Shown here: one piece after another, positions 27,067 to 41,644 of the stretch | Position numbering within the stretch: the stretch's first letter is position 1 | Layout: every line of letters starts with the position of its first letter | Assembly: GCF_009914755.1 (NCBI RefSeq) | Contig: NC_060927.1 | Direction: 5' to 3' (one strand) | DNA from: the human T2T-CHM13v2.0 reference genome, Homo sapiens | DNA: 64,000 nucleotides | The notes under the pieces: model-generated | What the model saw: only the letters and a program-made list of their open reading frames with translations | What the model was told of the DNA's origin: nothing | Databases searched by the model: none | Position numbers and translations under genes: made by a program

Positions 27067-27744
27067 TAAAAAACTGATAATACACCCCTTTAGTAGGAGT
27101 AACTGGCTGCTTTACTGAAGAGTTTTATTTTGATAGACTTTCAGTGGTCTTTGTTCTTTATCTAACCTCATCAATACAGACCTGTTTCTGTCATCTTTGA
27201 GACCACAACTCAAACTTCACCATTGGTCTAATAAAACTGAGTTTCTGGCATGGTGATTTGTAAGTAAACAACCTTCGCAGTGCTAGCTTTGCAACCCCAT
27301 ACCTATAAAATGATTGCACCTGTTGCACCATGACTTGCGGTCTTGAGACCAGAAGATCAACTAAATCTCCCGGTCATCTTTCTAAAAAGGGTGACCCATT
27401 TTAATAACTAGTAATATGAACATGCTTTCTAGCCTTAGGGCAGAAACCGATCATGAAAAGAATTTCAGGAGGCATTTCCTTCTCTTTCAAACAGACTATT
27501 ATAGAATTAGATGAGTATGAGGAGACTTACTTCAGGGATCACAGCAGGGGGCAAAAGGCAAGATTTGGTGCAATGATTCAGTCATTTAAAATTGTGACCC
27601 TAACTCTATTGTGTCACATTCACACCTGTACTCTATTTTTAAAAGATCTTCGGAGTCTCTGAGGCTGGCTTCATAGACAGTATCATCTCAGGCAGTCAAA
27701 AGGCCAAGTATCTAAACAAGTATTGTATGAAAATCAAAATTGAT

Positions 27745-27900
27745 GGCTGCTACAGAACTTTTACAAGTTGATGGAAATGTATTTTGATCATGGTGATGAT
27801 TGCAGTGGTATAAAAATTTCTCAAAATTCATTGAACTGTACATTTAAAAAGGGTGCATTTTATTTTACAGAAATCGTATCTCAATAAGCATTTTTTAAAA
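27745..27900 (+). mobile_element. Old L1M 3' terminus
   Basis: gatggaaatgtattttgatcatggtgatg..aaaattcattgaactgtacatttaaaa..tatctcaataa. Confidence 0.7.
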
Positions 27901-28236
27901 TGACAGCTGTCTATGTCATCCATGAACACGTCTCTCTGGCAAAAGCAATAGAAATAATGAAGTCAGCTTTGAGTAAACCCTAATAAAGATTAAATATGGC
28001 ATTCAAGACTTTGTGCAGTCATGAGCAGAAAGACTTTCCTGTGAGAAACTGGGGGTGATAATTAAAGATCTACTGGGAAATTTATCTTACACTCAAAGAT
28101 AAAAAGTCACTCAATATGAGCCTCTGGAATTTGTTTTTTTCTTTATCAAACCAACCATAGAGTGTATCAGCATGTTTGATGACTTTTCAAAGGTTTGCAT
28201 CCCCATATGTGTATACAATTTATTATTATAATTGGT

Positions 28237-28558
<322 letters not shown>

Positions 28559-28963
28559 TCAATATGCATTTTAACTATGAAGAGTATATATTTTTCTGCT
28601 TGTTTCAACAAAATAAAGTGTGGCATAGTTCTTTTGGGATTACTGAATATGTATTTTAAAAAACTACCATGCAGGCTAATTTCCGAAATACGTAATATCA
28701 TACATACTGAGATACAAAAGAATGTTCACATCTTTGATTACGTTGAGTTGGCAAAGTCACGTCATCTTTCTGGATTCTTCTTTCTGTTTCTGTAAAATGA
28801 AGGGCCTAGCCTAGATAAAGCTTTATGATATTTCCAGCCCTAATGCAGAATAACACAAATCACACAGCAAATCACGGAGCAGAAGCATATTATTACTAAC
28901 TGGAAATTCTCTCTTCTGTTATTGTCTACTGCTTTGTTTTCTTTTGTGATGCTAGATTTAGGG

Positions 28964-29068
28964 AGAAAGAATAGCACTTATAAGAAAATGAGAAAATGTT
29001 TGCATTATGTCATTGGATTGCAGAAAGAACAGTACTTATGAGAAAATAAGAAAATGTTTGCATTATGT
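28964..29068. repeat. 58-bp-period direct tandem duplication (2 copies)
   Basis: 47-nt cores starting at 28964 and 29022 match at 43/47. Confidence 0.9.
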
Positions 29069-31399
29069 TGTTGAGACACACAACAGACTCTCAAATACTG
29101 GTTTCTTCTAAGCAGAATGATATTGATAGATGGAATATTCTAGAATATGGGTTTATCTGAAAGTACAAGAAAGAAAAAAGAATATTTTTGATGAGTGAAA
29201 AATAAACTACGATTCATCTCATTAATACTATAACAAAAAATCTATAATAGATTAAAATACCTTTCACTGTAAGAAGTTGAACACATCTTTGACTTTCAGG
29301 GAAATAATGATATGTATTAGAGATTATGACATTATAGAATCTTGGATATTTACAAGATAAATTAATGTTCATCAGTATCAGTTTCCCAGAGTATCATGGT
29401 GGTCCAGTAACAAAAAATCCAAAAAAAAAAAAAAAAAAAAAAACCCTAAACCTGCCTTTATTATTTTTAATGTTATAAAGGGAAATGCACAAAAACAACT
29501 TTTCATAGCTGTCACTTTGTATGCATAACTCAAGCTGTGATTAATATTTTAGAGATAAATACTCAGAGATAGCAGCAGACTTTTCTTTTATCACATAAAG
29601 GCTAAATTTTATCCAAGGTTGTATTTATTCATTTACTTTAGCTTGTCAGCATCAGGCAATCATTCTCAATTTCTAACCAAGGCACACTGCTCAACTTAAG
29701 AAGGGCTGATAGAAAAATGGGTTTGACCCAAGAAGCTAAACTCTTCAGAATCTGGAAGATAAAAAATGAAAGGAAGGAAAGCAAATGATGGAAGTCCAGA
29801 GCATCAGAAATATTATATAAAATTTGGACATAAGGCTTAAAGGTAGGTGGCATTTCTTTTAATCTCATACATGGTCAAAGGTTATTCAAGGATCATCTGT
29901 GGTAATATATATATATATATATTCAGTTCAACACACTTTTTACTATTGATTAAATGTCTCAAACAAAATAAAGTTACTTGCTAACCTGACCTTTGTCTGA
30001 TAGAGGCAGAAATAAAAAGTTCATATATTTGCTTTATATGTACCTGACAATTATTTTAGTTCTGGAAAATCGTATTTTAACAAGATCAAAACTACAAATG
30101 AAAACTGTTAATTGTTGTTTTAAAAAAGATTAAAAAGACTGAACCATGTAGCTGGAATTTATATGAATTATGGATGCTTAGGAGAAAACCTACAAATAAA
30201 TACCTAACAAGTGGGTTCAAGTCCCATAAAAAGGAAGCAGTGCTGTATATTCAATTTCTTCTGCTTAGAAAGAATTAAACTTCCGCATATCCATCTCTTA
30301 CTCATCTTCTAAAACCCAGCCACACAACATTTTGCAAGGCTATCAGTGTTTCCCCATGGACTGTTACTTCCTTCAAATCATTTGTTCATCCTTCTTCAAA
30401 GTACCTACTATTTTGTACTGTAATTAATCTGCTGAAATGTCATTATCAACCCATTCTTCCCAGGTTTGTTTCTGCTGTGAGTTCCTTTATGAGTAGCCAT
30501 GTCCAGCACTGATACAAGATGAACATAGAAAGACGCACAATAATTGCTCAATGACTTACAAATTCTTAGTTGGTAGCATCCAAATGGACCTGTATTTTGG
30601 ATAGTTTAAGCTCTGCTCATTTGAAAGGTCAAAGCCCTAAATAAAACATTACCTTCAGAACTACTCTGAGCTTTACCAGCTACACAGTTCTATGTCCTGA
30701 AAGAACGGAGAACTTTCAGGATGGATCCAGTTTTTGCCTCTGCTTCCTTTCATCACTTAATGATTTCATATGTGACCTTGCCTTCACCCAACATCCTGTT
30801 TTTGGTTTCCCTGGGTTCTGTGCCTTCAGTAATGGGTCAGTGCCACTCTCTTTCTGTGCCCAGCCTTGGCTCCAAAACCACAGATTTGTCCAGACACAGG
30901 CTGTTTAACAATTCTTTCCAGGTGTTTGGCTTTTGGATGTTATTGTTCTAAAGTCCTGGGGCCCTTGCCTGTCTGCCATACTGTCCCTCAGCTGCCTCTG
31001 GTATGACCAGGTGAGATAACTTATTTTCTGATCAAAGAAGACACACTTCAAGGTCTTGCATTCACAGTCTTCAGTCTTTAGCTTCTGTACTCTTCAAAGT
31101 CCATTGCCAGGTAAACTAGCTTCATATTAATCCTGGAGTTCTGCTCTTCCCTGTTTCCCACTACTCAAGAGCTAGCAGTGCAGTCAGACTCTTTGGAATG
31201 CCTCCACATTATGCTGCATCTACCCAGGATCCATGTCAATATCACTTTCTAGTGCTGGTAATTCAGCCTTTGTACTAGGCCATTTGAAAACACATTTCCC
31301 ACCTGCTCATCGAGAATGTTTATTAGAACTTACACCTCTTCAATAGGCAGTCGGGCAATCCAATGGTCTCTTAATCTTAGTTTTTCTTACATTCCTTAA

Positions 31400-31960
31400 T
31401 AGATGTATAATAAAGTTCACTTTATTAAAAATTTAAAAAACATGTATCTGTAACAACATTTTAAAAATAGAATAATTATAACTATCATCCAGAGACAAAC
31501 ATTGCCAACATTGTGGTATATTTCTTTATATCTTTACTTCCACAATACACAAATATAAATTGTTATTATAAAATGGCATTTGTTACCCTTCACAATATCT
31601 TTTTTTGTATAATAAAATCCATTTTCATATCAATATAGTTTTCTCACATTATTTTAATAGGTAAACTGCATTCCACTGTGCACATGACCAATGCTTGTGC
31701 GAATAAGTCCTTATGGTTGGAATTCAGGTATTTCCCATTTTTTTGTTATTAAAAATAGCACTGCTATGGACATTTTGATCATAAATGTGCACGAGTCAGA
31801 TTAGTCCTAAATGTGGAATCCGTTAAAAGGAGATACATTATAAGAATCTTTGATACTTATTACCCTTCACAATGGTTGTTCCTAAAGGTTACTCATCCAC
31901 CAGTACATCCTCAAAATTGTCATCAATATTCAGTATTATTATTTTTAAATGTTTGACACT
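31400..31960 (-). mobile_element. Old L1ME 3' fragment
   Basis: gcattccactgtgcacatg..ttgttattaaaaatagcactgctatggacatt..cctaaatgtggaat. Confidence 0.6.
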
Positions 31961-32329
31961 AAAATAGAAGAAAGGACAATTTTTCCAGTAATAGACAATT
32001 TTACTACAGATTGTTCACATCACTGCACCCTCCAGATTAAGCTCTGAGATCAGAGTTCTTACAGGATACATATATGTGGAGACTGAGGGAAGCCAAGGGT
32101 AATTGGAGAACTTGCCTATTAGAAATAGGCCCAGAAAGACCTTTTATCATGGAAGGATAAGCAAACTATAGAAATAAAAACAACAGGGGTTTGTGAAAGG
32201 CTGAAACATTTAAAGAACTGAAGATACCATATTCAACATGAAGAGGAAAATATGTTTAAAACATTACTGATAGTAACTAGGCAAAAAAGTTATTTATTTT
32301 CTCTCTATATCTATATATCTTTCTCTCTA

Positions 32330-32330
<1 letters not shown>

Positions 32331-32378
<48 letters not shown>
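32331..32378. repeat. (ATCT)12 / (AGAT)12 tetranucleotide STR
   Basis: Read directly; perfect array. Confidence 0.95.
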
Positions 32379-32380
<2 letters not shown>

Positions 32381-32601
32381 ATATGTATAAAGGATTCTAG
32401 GGAACAGGAAAAGAAAGATGAGACCAAGATCCAAGGAATGAGTAGAAAATTAGATTACTGAATTAAGAAAAAGACGTAAGGAAAAGAAAAATGTAATTCC
32501 AGGATGCAAAGCTGCATGGGAAATAGAAAAGGGCCTGAATGATATTACATGAGGAACAGATAGATACCTTTCCTATTGAGATTGGTATTATGCTGTATAC
32601 T

Positions 32602-32925
32602 ATTCATTCATACCAAAAAGCAATTCTGGGCACCTACTGTGCATGTCAACATTTGAGGATAAATAATAAAAATCCAAGTGTGTAAAGAGATCACCTTGTA
32701 GAGGGGGAGGCAGATTGGAAACACTGTAACAGGCTGAGCCTCAAACTGAGGCTGAGGGTCAGAGTAGCAGAAGCACAAATCAAGGAAAGATTACCTACAA
32801 CAGTTAGGAAGGTTTTCACTAAGGATGGAACCTGTAAGTCAGGACTTTTAAAATGAAGAAATTTGGCCAGATTCAAGAATGACAGAAGAAATTCCAGGGA
32901 AAGAAAACAGCATGGGCAAAGTTCT
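32602..32925 (-). mobile_element. L2 3' fragment
   Basis: attcattcat..gggcacctactgtgc..attccagggaaagaaaacagcatgggcaaag. Confidence 0.6.
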
Positions 32926-34292
32926 CAACTCCATCTATTTTTCAAGAATCCTTTGTATACTGGTTCTTAACATTTTGAGGAATAACTAGTTCTTTAAAAA
33001 AAACAACAACCTTTGCCTGGGAAACATGCAAATTATAAGCATGTAAATTTACATGTCAATGTTATGACAATTTCAGCTGTTAAAAATGTTATATGACTAC
33101 AGAATATGAAAATTATTTTTTTCAATGTGTTAGCTCTATTTTACCTAGTTAATAATCACAAGTCTTATAGCCTATTAAAAAGTTACAAGAAACCTCAGAA
33201 TTTTTTTTAAATGTGGTAAAACAAAGCAGAAGTACAGTTTTCAGCATTTAAATTACTTTTTCTCTGAAGGTCTAAACAACAAGTTAAACGTTCATTGATA
33301 GCACTAGGGTTGAAAACACAGATGTTCAATTTCTTTAAATAACTTATCTTCCTACAGAATGGTTGTGTCCTGTGAGACATAAGTTCGTCCAAATATAATA
33401 CGGATATAATACGGTCCACATATGGAAGCAATCACATTCCATTTTTGGAACCAGTTGACAGAACTCTGTCACTGCACAAAATACAAGCTTCCTCCTGCCC
33501 CTTTTCTCTTTTTTATGCAGCAAAAGTTCATGTAACAACACAAAATAACTCTCATGGCTGAGAATTTGGCAATGTTTCATTTTCCACCATGTCAGGGTGG
33601 GAACCAAGAGAGACCAAATATGACTGATAATAACATCAGAGAAGCCTGTTCTCTCAGCTTATGTGCAGGTGGGAATCATTAATGGTAACAAAATCTTTGT
33701 AACAATCATTTTGTCTTTAAATATAGCTAAATATTGAGTTCCATGTGGCAAGAGAGAGTTAGTAGATAGGCATAAAAATTCTGCTTCATTCTTATCATCT
33801 CCAACTCAAGGTCCTGAATGGATTGTTGCAAAGTCACAAACCCATTCCTCTTGGATACTGTAGCAGGAATAGCATAGGCTTGGTAGACATTACAGAGGAG
33901 AAAGAAGAATGGATGTGGAGTAAGAAGACAAATTCCAGACCTTTAACTATGGGAAATCTTCAAAAGACACCACTTAAATTTAACGAGTTTCCGTTTTCTT
34001 GAATGGAAAATGAGACTATGCAGTGCAAAATGGAAAAATGAGAATACATGGGACAACTCTTTCGAACATCAGAAAGTTTATAAGCCTAGCTTTATGAATA
34101 ATGTATCATTGTTGATATATGGAATAAACATTTTACAACAAATTGCTTTTGTAACATTGACAATTCACAAACAACTAAAGGTGGCCAGAAAAACAGTATA
34201 AACTGCTTCTCAGGCACATGCACTATTTAGCTTACTGCTACATTTCAAAGTATGTATAGTCCCAATTAGCTGTGGGTTAAACATATATTTTA

Positions 34293-34314
34293 CACACACA
34301 CACACACACACACA
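34293..34314. repeat. (CA)11 microsatellite
   Basis: Read directly. Confidence 0.95.
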
Positions 34315-35619
34315 GAGCCAATTATCTTCCTTCTTTCTAGACCATCTTTGGCCTACTTCACCTCCATGATAGGATTGCACCGTCATCCAATAGCTATGTG
34401 ACTCTTGGGCTTCATTCACTGTTTAGTACATTGTTGTTGGAAATGATACCATTTGCCAGGCATTATATCTGTTCTGTGTGTTCATTATATAGGTTGCATA
34501 TGTTTTACGTAGTTTCCAGCTCTCTGAAATAGAGGGGAGGCAGTTGCTCCTTAAAAGCTAATAAAAATGATAATTTTGAAATTTCTCAGCTGAACAATCT
34601 TTTAAAATTTCAAAATGAAGAGAGCCTTTGCACTTACCTTAAACCATTTGAAATATTAAGTCTTGTTTGCTTTCTGCTAAAACTACAAATACTAAACAGT
34701 AGAATTTACTACTTTCAGGAAATTATTAAAATTCTCATTTAAACACTAATATAACTGCTCTAATGAGCCAAAAGCCTTTGAAAGTTTAACGGGCAAACCA
34801 AAACCTATTCAGAGACCTATAATCGTTGTATCTCATGTATAATAATATAATTGTGTGAATGAACAGACATGATTGATAGGTCAAAATATGAACGTAGAAA
34901 AGTAAAAAGTAACATGCATGGGCCAGGGGACGGGGGGCAGAGAAAGCTTTATTGGAGAAGGCAGGACGGAATACAAAGAATACTAGATAAATTCCGTGAA
35001 AATAAAATGGTGGCATTTGAGTAATAAAATAAATGTGACTCATAATTTCAAAATGTAGAGTACTAAGCTTTAAGATTAAATTTAGTTTTTGAATTTTATT
35101 ATGTTTGATAACTATTTTATATAGAATTAGTTGAAGTACAAAATAAACCTGATGCTTTTTAATTAGATGAAAAACTACATAGTATTTTCTAAAATCCCTA
35201 GGATGAAATGTATATATGTGGTTGCATTGGTGCTGATATGTTGAGAGAAGGGTGCTTATTAGGGGGAAAGAGAATATCTATGTGTTTTTAAAATGATATA
35301 GTTTAACAATCTCTTACATATAATATTGGCTCTTCCAAAATGCAAAATAGATCTGTAAATAGTGACTTCTAAAGCTGGAAATACTTGGGTAATTACAAAA
35401 CATAGCACAAGTAATTGCTACCTTGAAATAAGCTAAAAAAAATTAAGGTTTTTATGAGAGTCCATTAGTTCTCATTTTAATATTTAGCACATGTTGTAAG
35501 AAACATTAGTAAAGTTTATTAATAAGATTCTAAATGAAGTCAAAGAGAATGTAAAGTGTTTTGTAGATCACAGGTTTTATGGTGACAATATGCCCACTGT
35601 GACAAGGTCATGCTGGGGA

Positions 35620-35780
35620 GAGGCTGGAGAAATGAGCTCATATTCTTGCTCTGCCATCTATTAGATATGTGACTCTAGGTAAGTTATACAAATTCTAAAG
35701 GTTTTTTATTTGTATTATGGCCATATTCCTAGTATTTCACCTCATAATGTTGTTTTGAGAATCAAATTATCTGAGATGAT
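35620..35780 (+). mobile_element. MIR fragment
   Basis: tcttgctctgccatctattagatatgtgactctaggtaagtta. Confidence 0.6.
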
Positions 35781-36186
35781 ATTCATATATCACTTGACTG
35801 AATAAATTGGAAATCCTCAGTTCATTTTACCATTTTTATTGAGAAATAGTAGCTATATTGCAGAAGGCATACATTTTTTTATTAACATTAAAAGCCATTA
35901 AATAATTTCCTCATTTCAACTATTTGCCAAAAACTTATTTTATTAAAGTGAGAGAGATATTAGGGATTTTACTATGTACCTATAAACAGGAATTTATCAC
36001 ACTTGAAAAATCGTCCCAAGATTTTTAGACAAGTGGTGCTTTATAAGACAAATATTTACAAAATATAGTATAATCACTTTTGTTAAATTTCCTAGAAGTC
36101 ATAGAAGATAATAATGTAAGCATATATTAATATATCAAACTAAAAATAAGCTTAAGAGTGATCTAGTACCTTAAAAATGAAATTAA

Positions 36187-36580
36187 TGAGAATTGAAAGT
36201 AAGGCCCTAAATCTGTTAAAATTATATTTGAACTAAACAAAATTAACCTAATTTCTTGTTCCAGGAAATCTTTGCTCCTGGAATCTAAACAGCTTGCTTA
36301 CTTAGGCTCACTTCAAAATTCTTATTTTGCCATCCACACCAATACAAAGCTATCGTGTCGTGAACTCTGCTCAGTCTCAACCATTTCTCTTCTTACAAGA
36401 CTTGTCTTAAAATTATTCAGCCCAGACCCTAAACTCGTTAAAATGGGAAACTAAGGCACAATATTTAAGACAATAATAACCCCAAGTAGTTTACCCATTT
36501 GTTGCAGTAGTTCTAATAAATTTAGCTTTACTTCATCAATAAATTTTTCTAGTGGACTTCTGGGGAGATGACAGTTAACA
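36187..36580 (+). mobile_element. Probable ERV1 solo LTR (MER110/MER90-like)
   Basis: TG...CA ends (tgagaattgaaagt..ccctaaatctg; gacagttaaca), AATAAA near the 3' end, flanks ttaa/tcaa. Confidence 0.45.
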
Positions 36581-39500
36581 TCAAGTTTTAAGAGGGTAAT
36601 CTCTTACAATATTTAGAGAGACAAAATAGGAAGGAGTACCAGATACCTGCTTGATGGTAAAGGTAAAGTGTTCTTTCCACGGATACACAGATAAATCCGA
36701 ATGTGTACAGAGGAAGCTAAATAAACTGACATGCTTTGAACCAGGCATTGTGTGCCATTCGAAGCACTCCAGTGGATTGCTATAGTGCATGCAAGTCAGG
36801 AGACAGATACAGATTGTGCATCAGTAGGAAATACAATGCCACGTTAGGGGATTGTATATATCCAGTGGCGATCATTAGAACTTTCCCCATCCTTTTGAAA
36901 TTGGAAAAAGAGCAAAATTCAATTAATGATATTATATGCTAAAATACACTGACAACAATTCAAGCTACATTTGGACCTTCTTAGAAAAGCTGTTGATAAG
37001 ATAGATTGGCATTCCTGGGTCATTATTGGTCCCTTTATTTCTTGAACAGTTCTTCTCTGAACAGCATTTGGCTGTCTCCCAAGAGCATACAGAACATTCT
37101 TAAACTATCTTGGCTTCCACATCTAAGAAATTGAAACGGTACTGACAATCTTACTGTGGTTTAAGAAAACTGGAAACAGAATTGTGATAATAATTTTTTT
37201 AAAAGCAAATTTTTACTTTCTGGATGGGATTCTCACTTTTGGGATCAGGGTATGATCACTCTGGGCAAGGGTTCTGGAAAATTATTCTGAAGAGTGATTT
37301 ACCAAATTGAATCTTTTGGCTGGAGATGGAATGTTCCTCTAAATGTAAATAATTTGCTAGTTCTTCAACAGGAGAATGAATCCTTGAGGTCACTAGGTGT
37401 GGGTTCAGTGAGGAAGGGAAGGTCAGAGAAGGAACAGTGTCACCATGCAGTGCTGCAATGCGTGTTAACTAGAACCATTATAATTTCACCTGCAGAGTAG
37501 AGTACTTCTAACTGTACCCTCCTCACATAAAACTATTTTCTCAGGTCGTATATCTGAAATAACTCATTAACAGAAAAAATTGGCACATTCCATTTCCCCA
37601 ACCTGATGTTAGATGGGACTACCTACATGAATGTATGAGTTTTGTATTACAAATTCACTCGAAAGCATTTACTGAATGACTATTAGATTCCAGGTATTAT
37701 GCTCATCCTTACAGTGTTGGCATTTAATATTCCAATATAAAAGTGGATTTCAACAAATATTATAGCAACTCATCATTTTATTTTGTTTATCTCTGGGAAG
37801 CTGCTACATCAAAAGCCTTGTCTTTATTAAAATGTAAATCAAAAGATGCTATTCTTTCTGTTTATACAAAGGTTACTGTGTTTCTATCAAATTCAGATGA
37901 AAGTATCAGATGCTTGGCTTTCCAAAGAGAGATTAGAACTCTTATTTGGTGAGGATTAGTAATTCTACCTCCTGTACCATTCGGCAGCCATCCTCCCACC
38001 CTTTGATCACAATACTAATTCATCATAGATCCATGCCTCATAATGATCCATCTGTCTAGATTTCCTCATCAGTAGTTGTTAAAATTAGGCAAGGATTTGT
38101 TGGTTGGTTATTTTTGTTCACAGCCACATTAATGCAAGCCCTGAAGTAATCAGTTTGTATTATGTGGCCTTTCATGCAGGGTGCACAGATTTGCAGCTTG
38201 TTTGGTTTATCTAGGCTCATGCTTGTGAGGCAGCTGTTAGGCATTTAGTTAATAAAATCCTCTTCCTCTGGGAAATTGTGCTTTGTCCATTCACAGGGAG
38301 ACACATGTAGCCTACAGTTTAACATTGGAAGCATCTTAAATCACTCTTAAAAAAAATGAAGATGGCTCCAGAATTTTAGTAGACAGGGAACCTAAAACTA
38401 GCAGACTAATTCAAGCATGACATAATGTGGTCACTGTGTTTATTTTAATTTTCTTGAAGGGGGTGAGTTAACACTTATATTTTTTAGCTAAATCACATTG
38501 ACTTCAAGTGTTAGTAAGTAAATTATCTTCAAATGTACTTAAACTATTCAGTCTCTAACCCATCTTCTGTTCAGTGCTTTTGTTTGACTTTTTTTTTTTT
38601 TTTGGTCTTATCTCTCTTTTTCAAATATTGAAGAAATGAAAATATGTGAGATTAAACCTTTCTCATTTGATTGTGTTCCTACCAAAAGATCATATCAATG
38701 AAAACTCATTCACATACCTCATTAAAATTCAGTCCCTAGATGAGCAAATTTAATTGGCATGAAGTCGAGATACATAATTATTTAAATTATGAACATTTCT
38801 AGAAACAGGAGATTATGATGAAAGGCATCTATTTACATTGCATCACTTCATTGTACTGGAAGTTACAATAAAAACAAACACTGTACATTGCTGCTGAAAA
38901 GGAAGTGAAATATAAAATTATGAATGTGCAGCATCTTAAGAAAGAGTTTTACTTGAAATATTCTAAATACCCCTCGGTTTATTTTTATTAAAAAGCCACT
39001 TCATTATCTGAAAGATAAAGTCTTTATTTTACCAAGAGTTCATTTCAAATCCAACAATGTTGTGGTAAATTACTTTGATGTTTAGCCAAGACAGATTTGG
39101 ACACTAAAAAAATGGCAAAAAAATTCAGTAAAAAAAAAAAAATCCAAAATTAGTATGTGTGCAAATACCACAAGCACGAGGAAAAGTTTGTGACTTGGTT
39201 AATATAAGTCACCAAAAATATATTCAATAGAAATCCAGAGTGTAAAAATTATTTTAAGAATGAGTAGAAATAGAAAAAAAAAAAGAGTTGGATTTTTTTA
39301 ACACCTTACATACTTCTCTGTGATTCAATTCACATGGCATGTTTTCCTTACTGCTCAGAAACTCTAGGTGCGTTACTTGACGGTACTGAGGTTATCTGGG
39401 ATTAGATACATATTTTTAGAATCTCAGAAAAAGAGCTTATATTTCATTAAAATTCTGTATACTACAGAACTGCTGACACTATGATTCTCATTTCCCCAAA

Positions 39501-40234
39501 AGCACCTTGGGTTGAGTTTATTTTTCTTTAAGATTAGTATTATTATTATTGCAGGTATTTGCCTGTTCAAGACAATGTAAATAGAATTGTAAGCATGAAC
39601 CATTTAATAGCATTGTGTTACTTTGGAAGTACTATCATGCCTCTTTTTAATGTAGATGTATCTCATTTCAATTCTTTCAATGTTCTAGTTTTAACTTACT
39701 TTTTCTGTTACAAGGTAAAATAAGTAAATGTGTTTCTTTGCAAATATTGCCTGTATTGATGCTTTGTATTAGTGTTTATGGTAAAGCAACTGGTTCATTC
39801 AAGAGAGCCTGAACTACCCCTTACCACCCCCAACCCATACACAAAGAAAAAAAACAAAAACAACAAAGTGCTTTATATCCCAGTACAAAACCAATAAGTA
39901 GGTCAATTGCACATAGCATTAGGAAGGTAGAATATCAAGGGTAGGTTGGAAATCAAGGACTTATTTAGAAATTAGTCAAAAAGCAAAGACACCTCATACC
40001 TTTGATGGGATTCAAGGCAAACTGAGGGCTAGTTGGAAAATTTTTGTCCCTAGTGAAAGAACTTTACCAAACACGGCAAAAATAACTCAGAATGAGGTTT
40101 TCTAGCTGAGACTACCATGGCTATGGCTCTTATTACACTGGCCAGTGGCAACTAAAAAGCTAAAATGGTTTCATCAAATTCCAGTGTAAAAGCAGAAAAG
40201 GTGACTAATAACAGCCAGGTATGCACTAGGTTTT

Positions 40235-40470
40235 GTTTTAAAAGATATATGTCAAATCTTGTACTCCAACATGAAAAAGGACTCCTTCTTAAATGTTCAT
40301 GAATATTGAAGGTATATTAGGGTACATTAAAAGCATAATGTATATCACAAGGTAAAAACTCTATAGGTCATATTTTGTTAATCACAATGCAACAAAACTG
40401 GAAATATATAATTAAAATAAAGAGAAAATTGGAATATTCAAAAGTAATAAAGCTTTTCTAGATAGATTTT
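40235..40470 (+). mobile_element. Old L1M ORF2 endonuclease-region fragment
   Basis: aatcacaatgcaacaaaactggaaata resembles the SDHNAIKLEI coding sequence. Confidence 0.5.
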
Positions 40471-40669
40471 GTCAACTTAAATAACAAATATCATGTATAC
40501 TTTTTTCTGGTATTTGAATCTTATTTTACTATTTAAATTTATTCTTCAAACTAACCCTCCACATTACTGATTTGATTTTCTGTTGGGTTGATCATCTGCT
40601 TTACTGATTCTAATGCATATTTTAACTTTTACACTTATGTCTAAAATATAATCTGCACCCAATTAATAC

Positions 40670-41252
40670 TTTAGAGAGAGTATAAGCAAAAAGAACAACA
40701 AAAATCCACATATTTCTATACCCCAAAGTCACTATTTTAACCACAAATAATATACTTGTATATAGTCGATTACATATGCTTTGGCATAAATTTTTCTAGT
40801 ATAGCCTATAAGCGAAGTGCTTTGTAACTGTATTTTTAACACTGTACTGTCAGTCTGTTCAAGTAAACATTCTCTACAAAAGACACTTGAATTAATTCAT
40901 ACTAAATTTTGGAAAAGGTCTGCCACAATTTACCCATTCCTTATTGTTTGATATTTGGGCTATTTTTAAACAATCAGTACAATAAACAAAAGCACTGTAA
41001 TAGGTATCTTTATTTGCCAAATATTCCTAGAAGAGACTTTTGTGTGTAAAAGGAAACTTAGCTTTAGATCTCAATTAACATTGACGAATTACCCTATGGA
41101 AAGATATACCAATTTCCAATCCCATTCTGTATGTCGATTAGCGTTAGCTCCCCCACACTCCCACTGCTGCTGGTTGTTATCATGTTCTCTGCTGATTTAG
41201 TAGATGAAAAATCACATATTTTAAAATTTGTCTATTTTGCTAATTAGTTTGA
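40670..41252 (-). mobile_element. Old L1ME 3' fragment
   Basis: ccacaatttacccattccttattg..atattcctagaag..ataccaatttccaatccca. Confidence 0.55.
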
Positions 41253-41275
41253 AGGGAAGAAAGAGAATCCATTAA

Positions 41276-41644
<369 letters not shown>

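Noticed and set aside
28964-29068. Direct repeats (also 44043-44084) as a CRISPR-like array
   Set aside because: Eukaryotic context, too few copies, no unique spacers of regular length and no cas genes.
30660-31350. GC-richer pyrimidine-biased block as an exon or LTR
   Set aside because: No recognisable consensus, termini or protein similarity; I cannot support a call.
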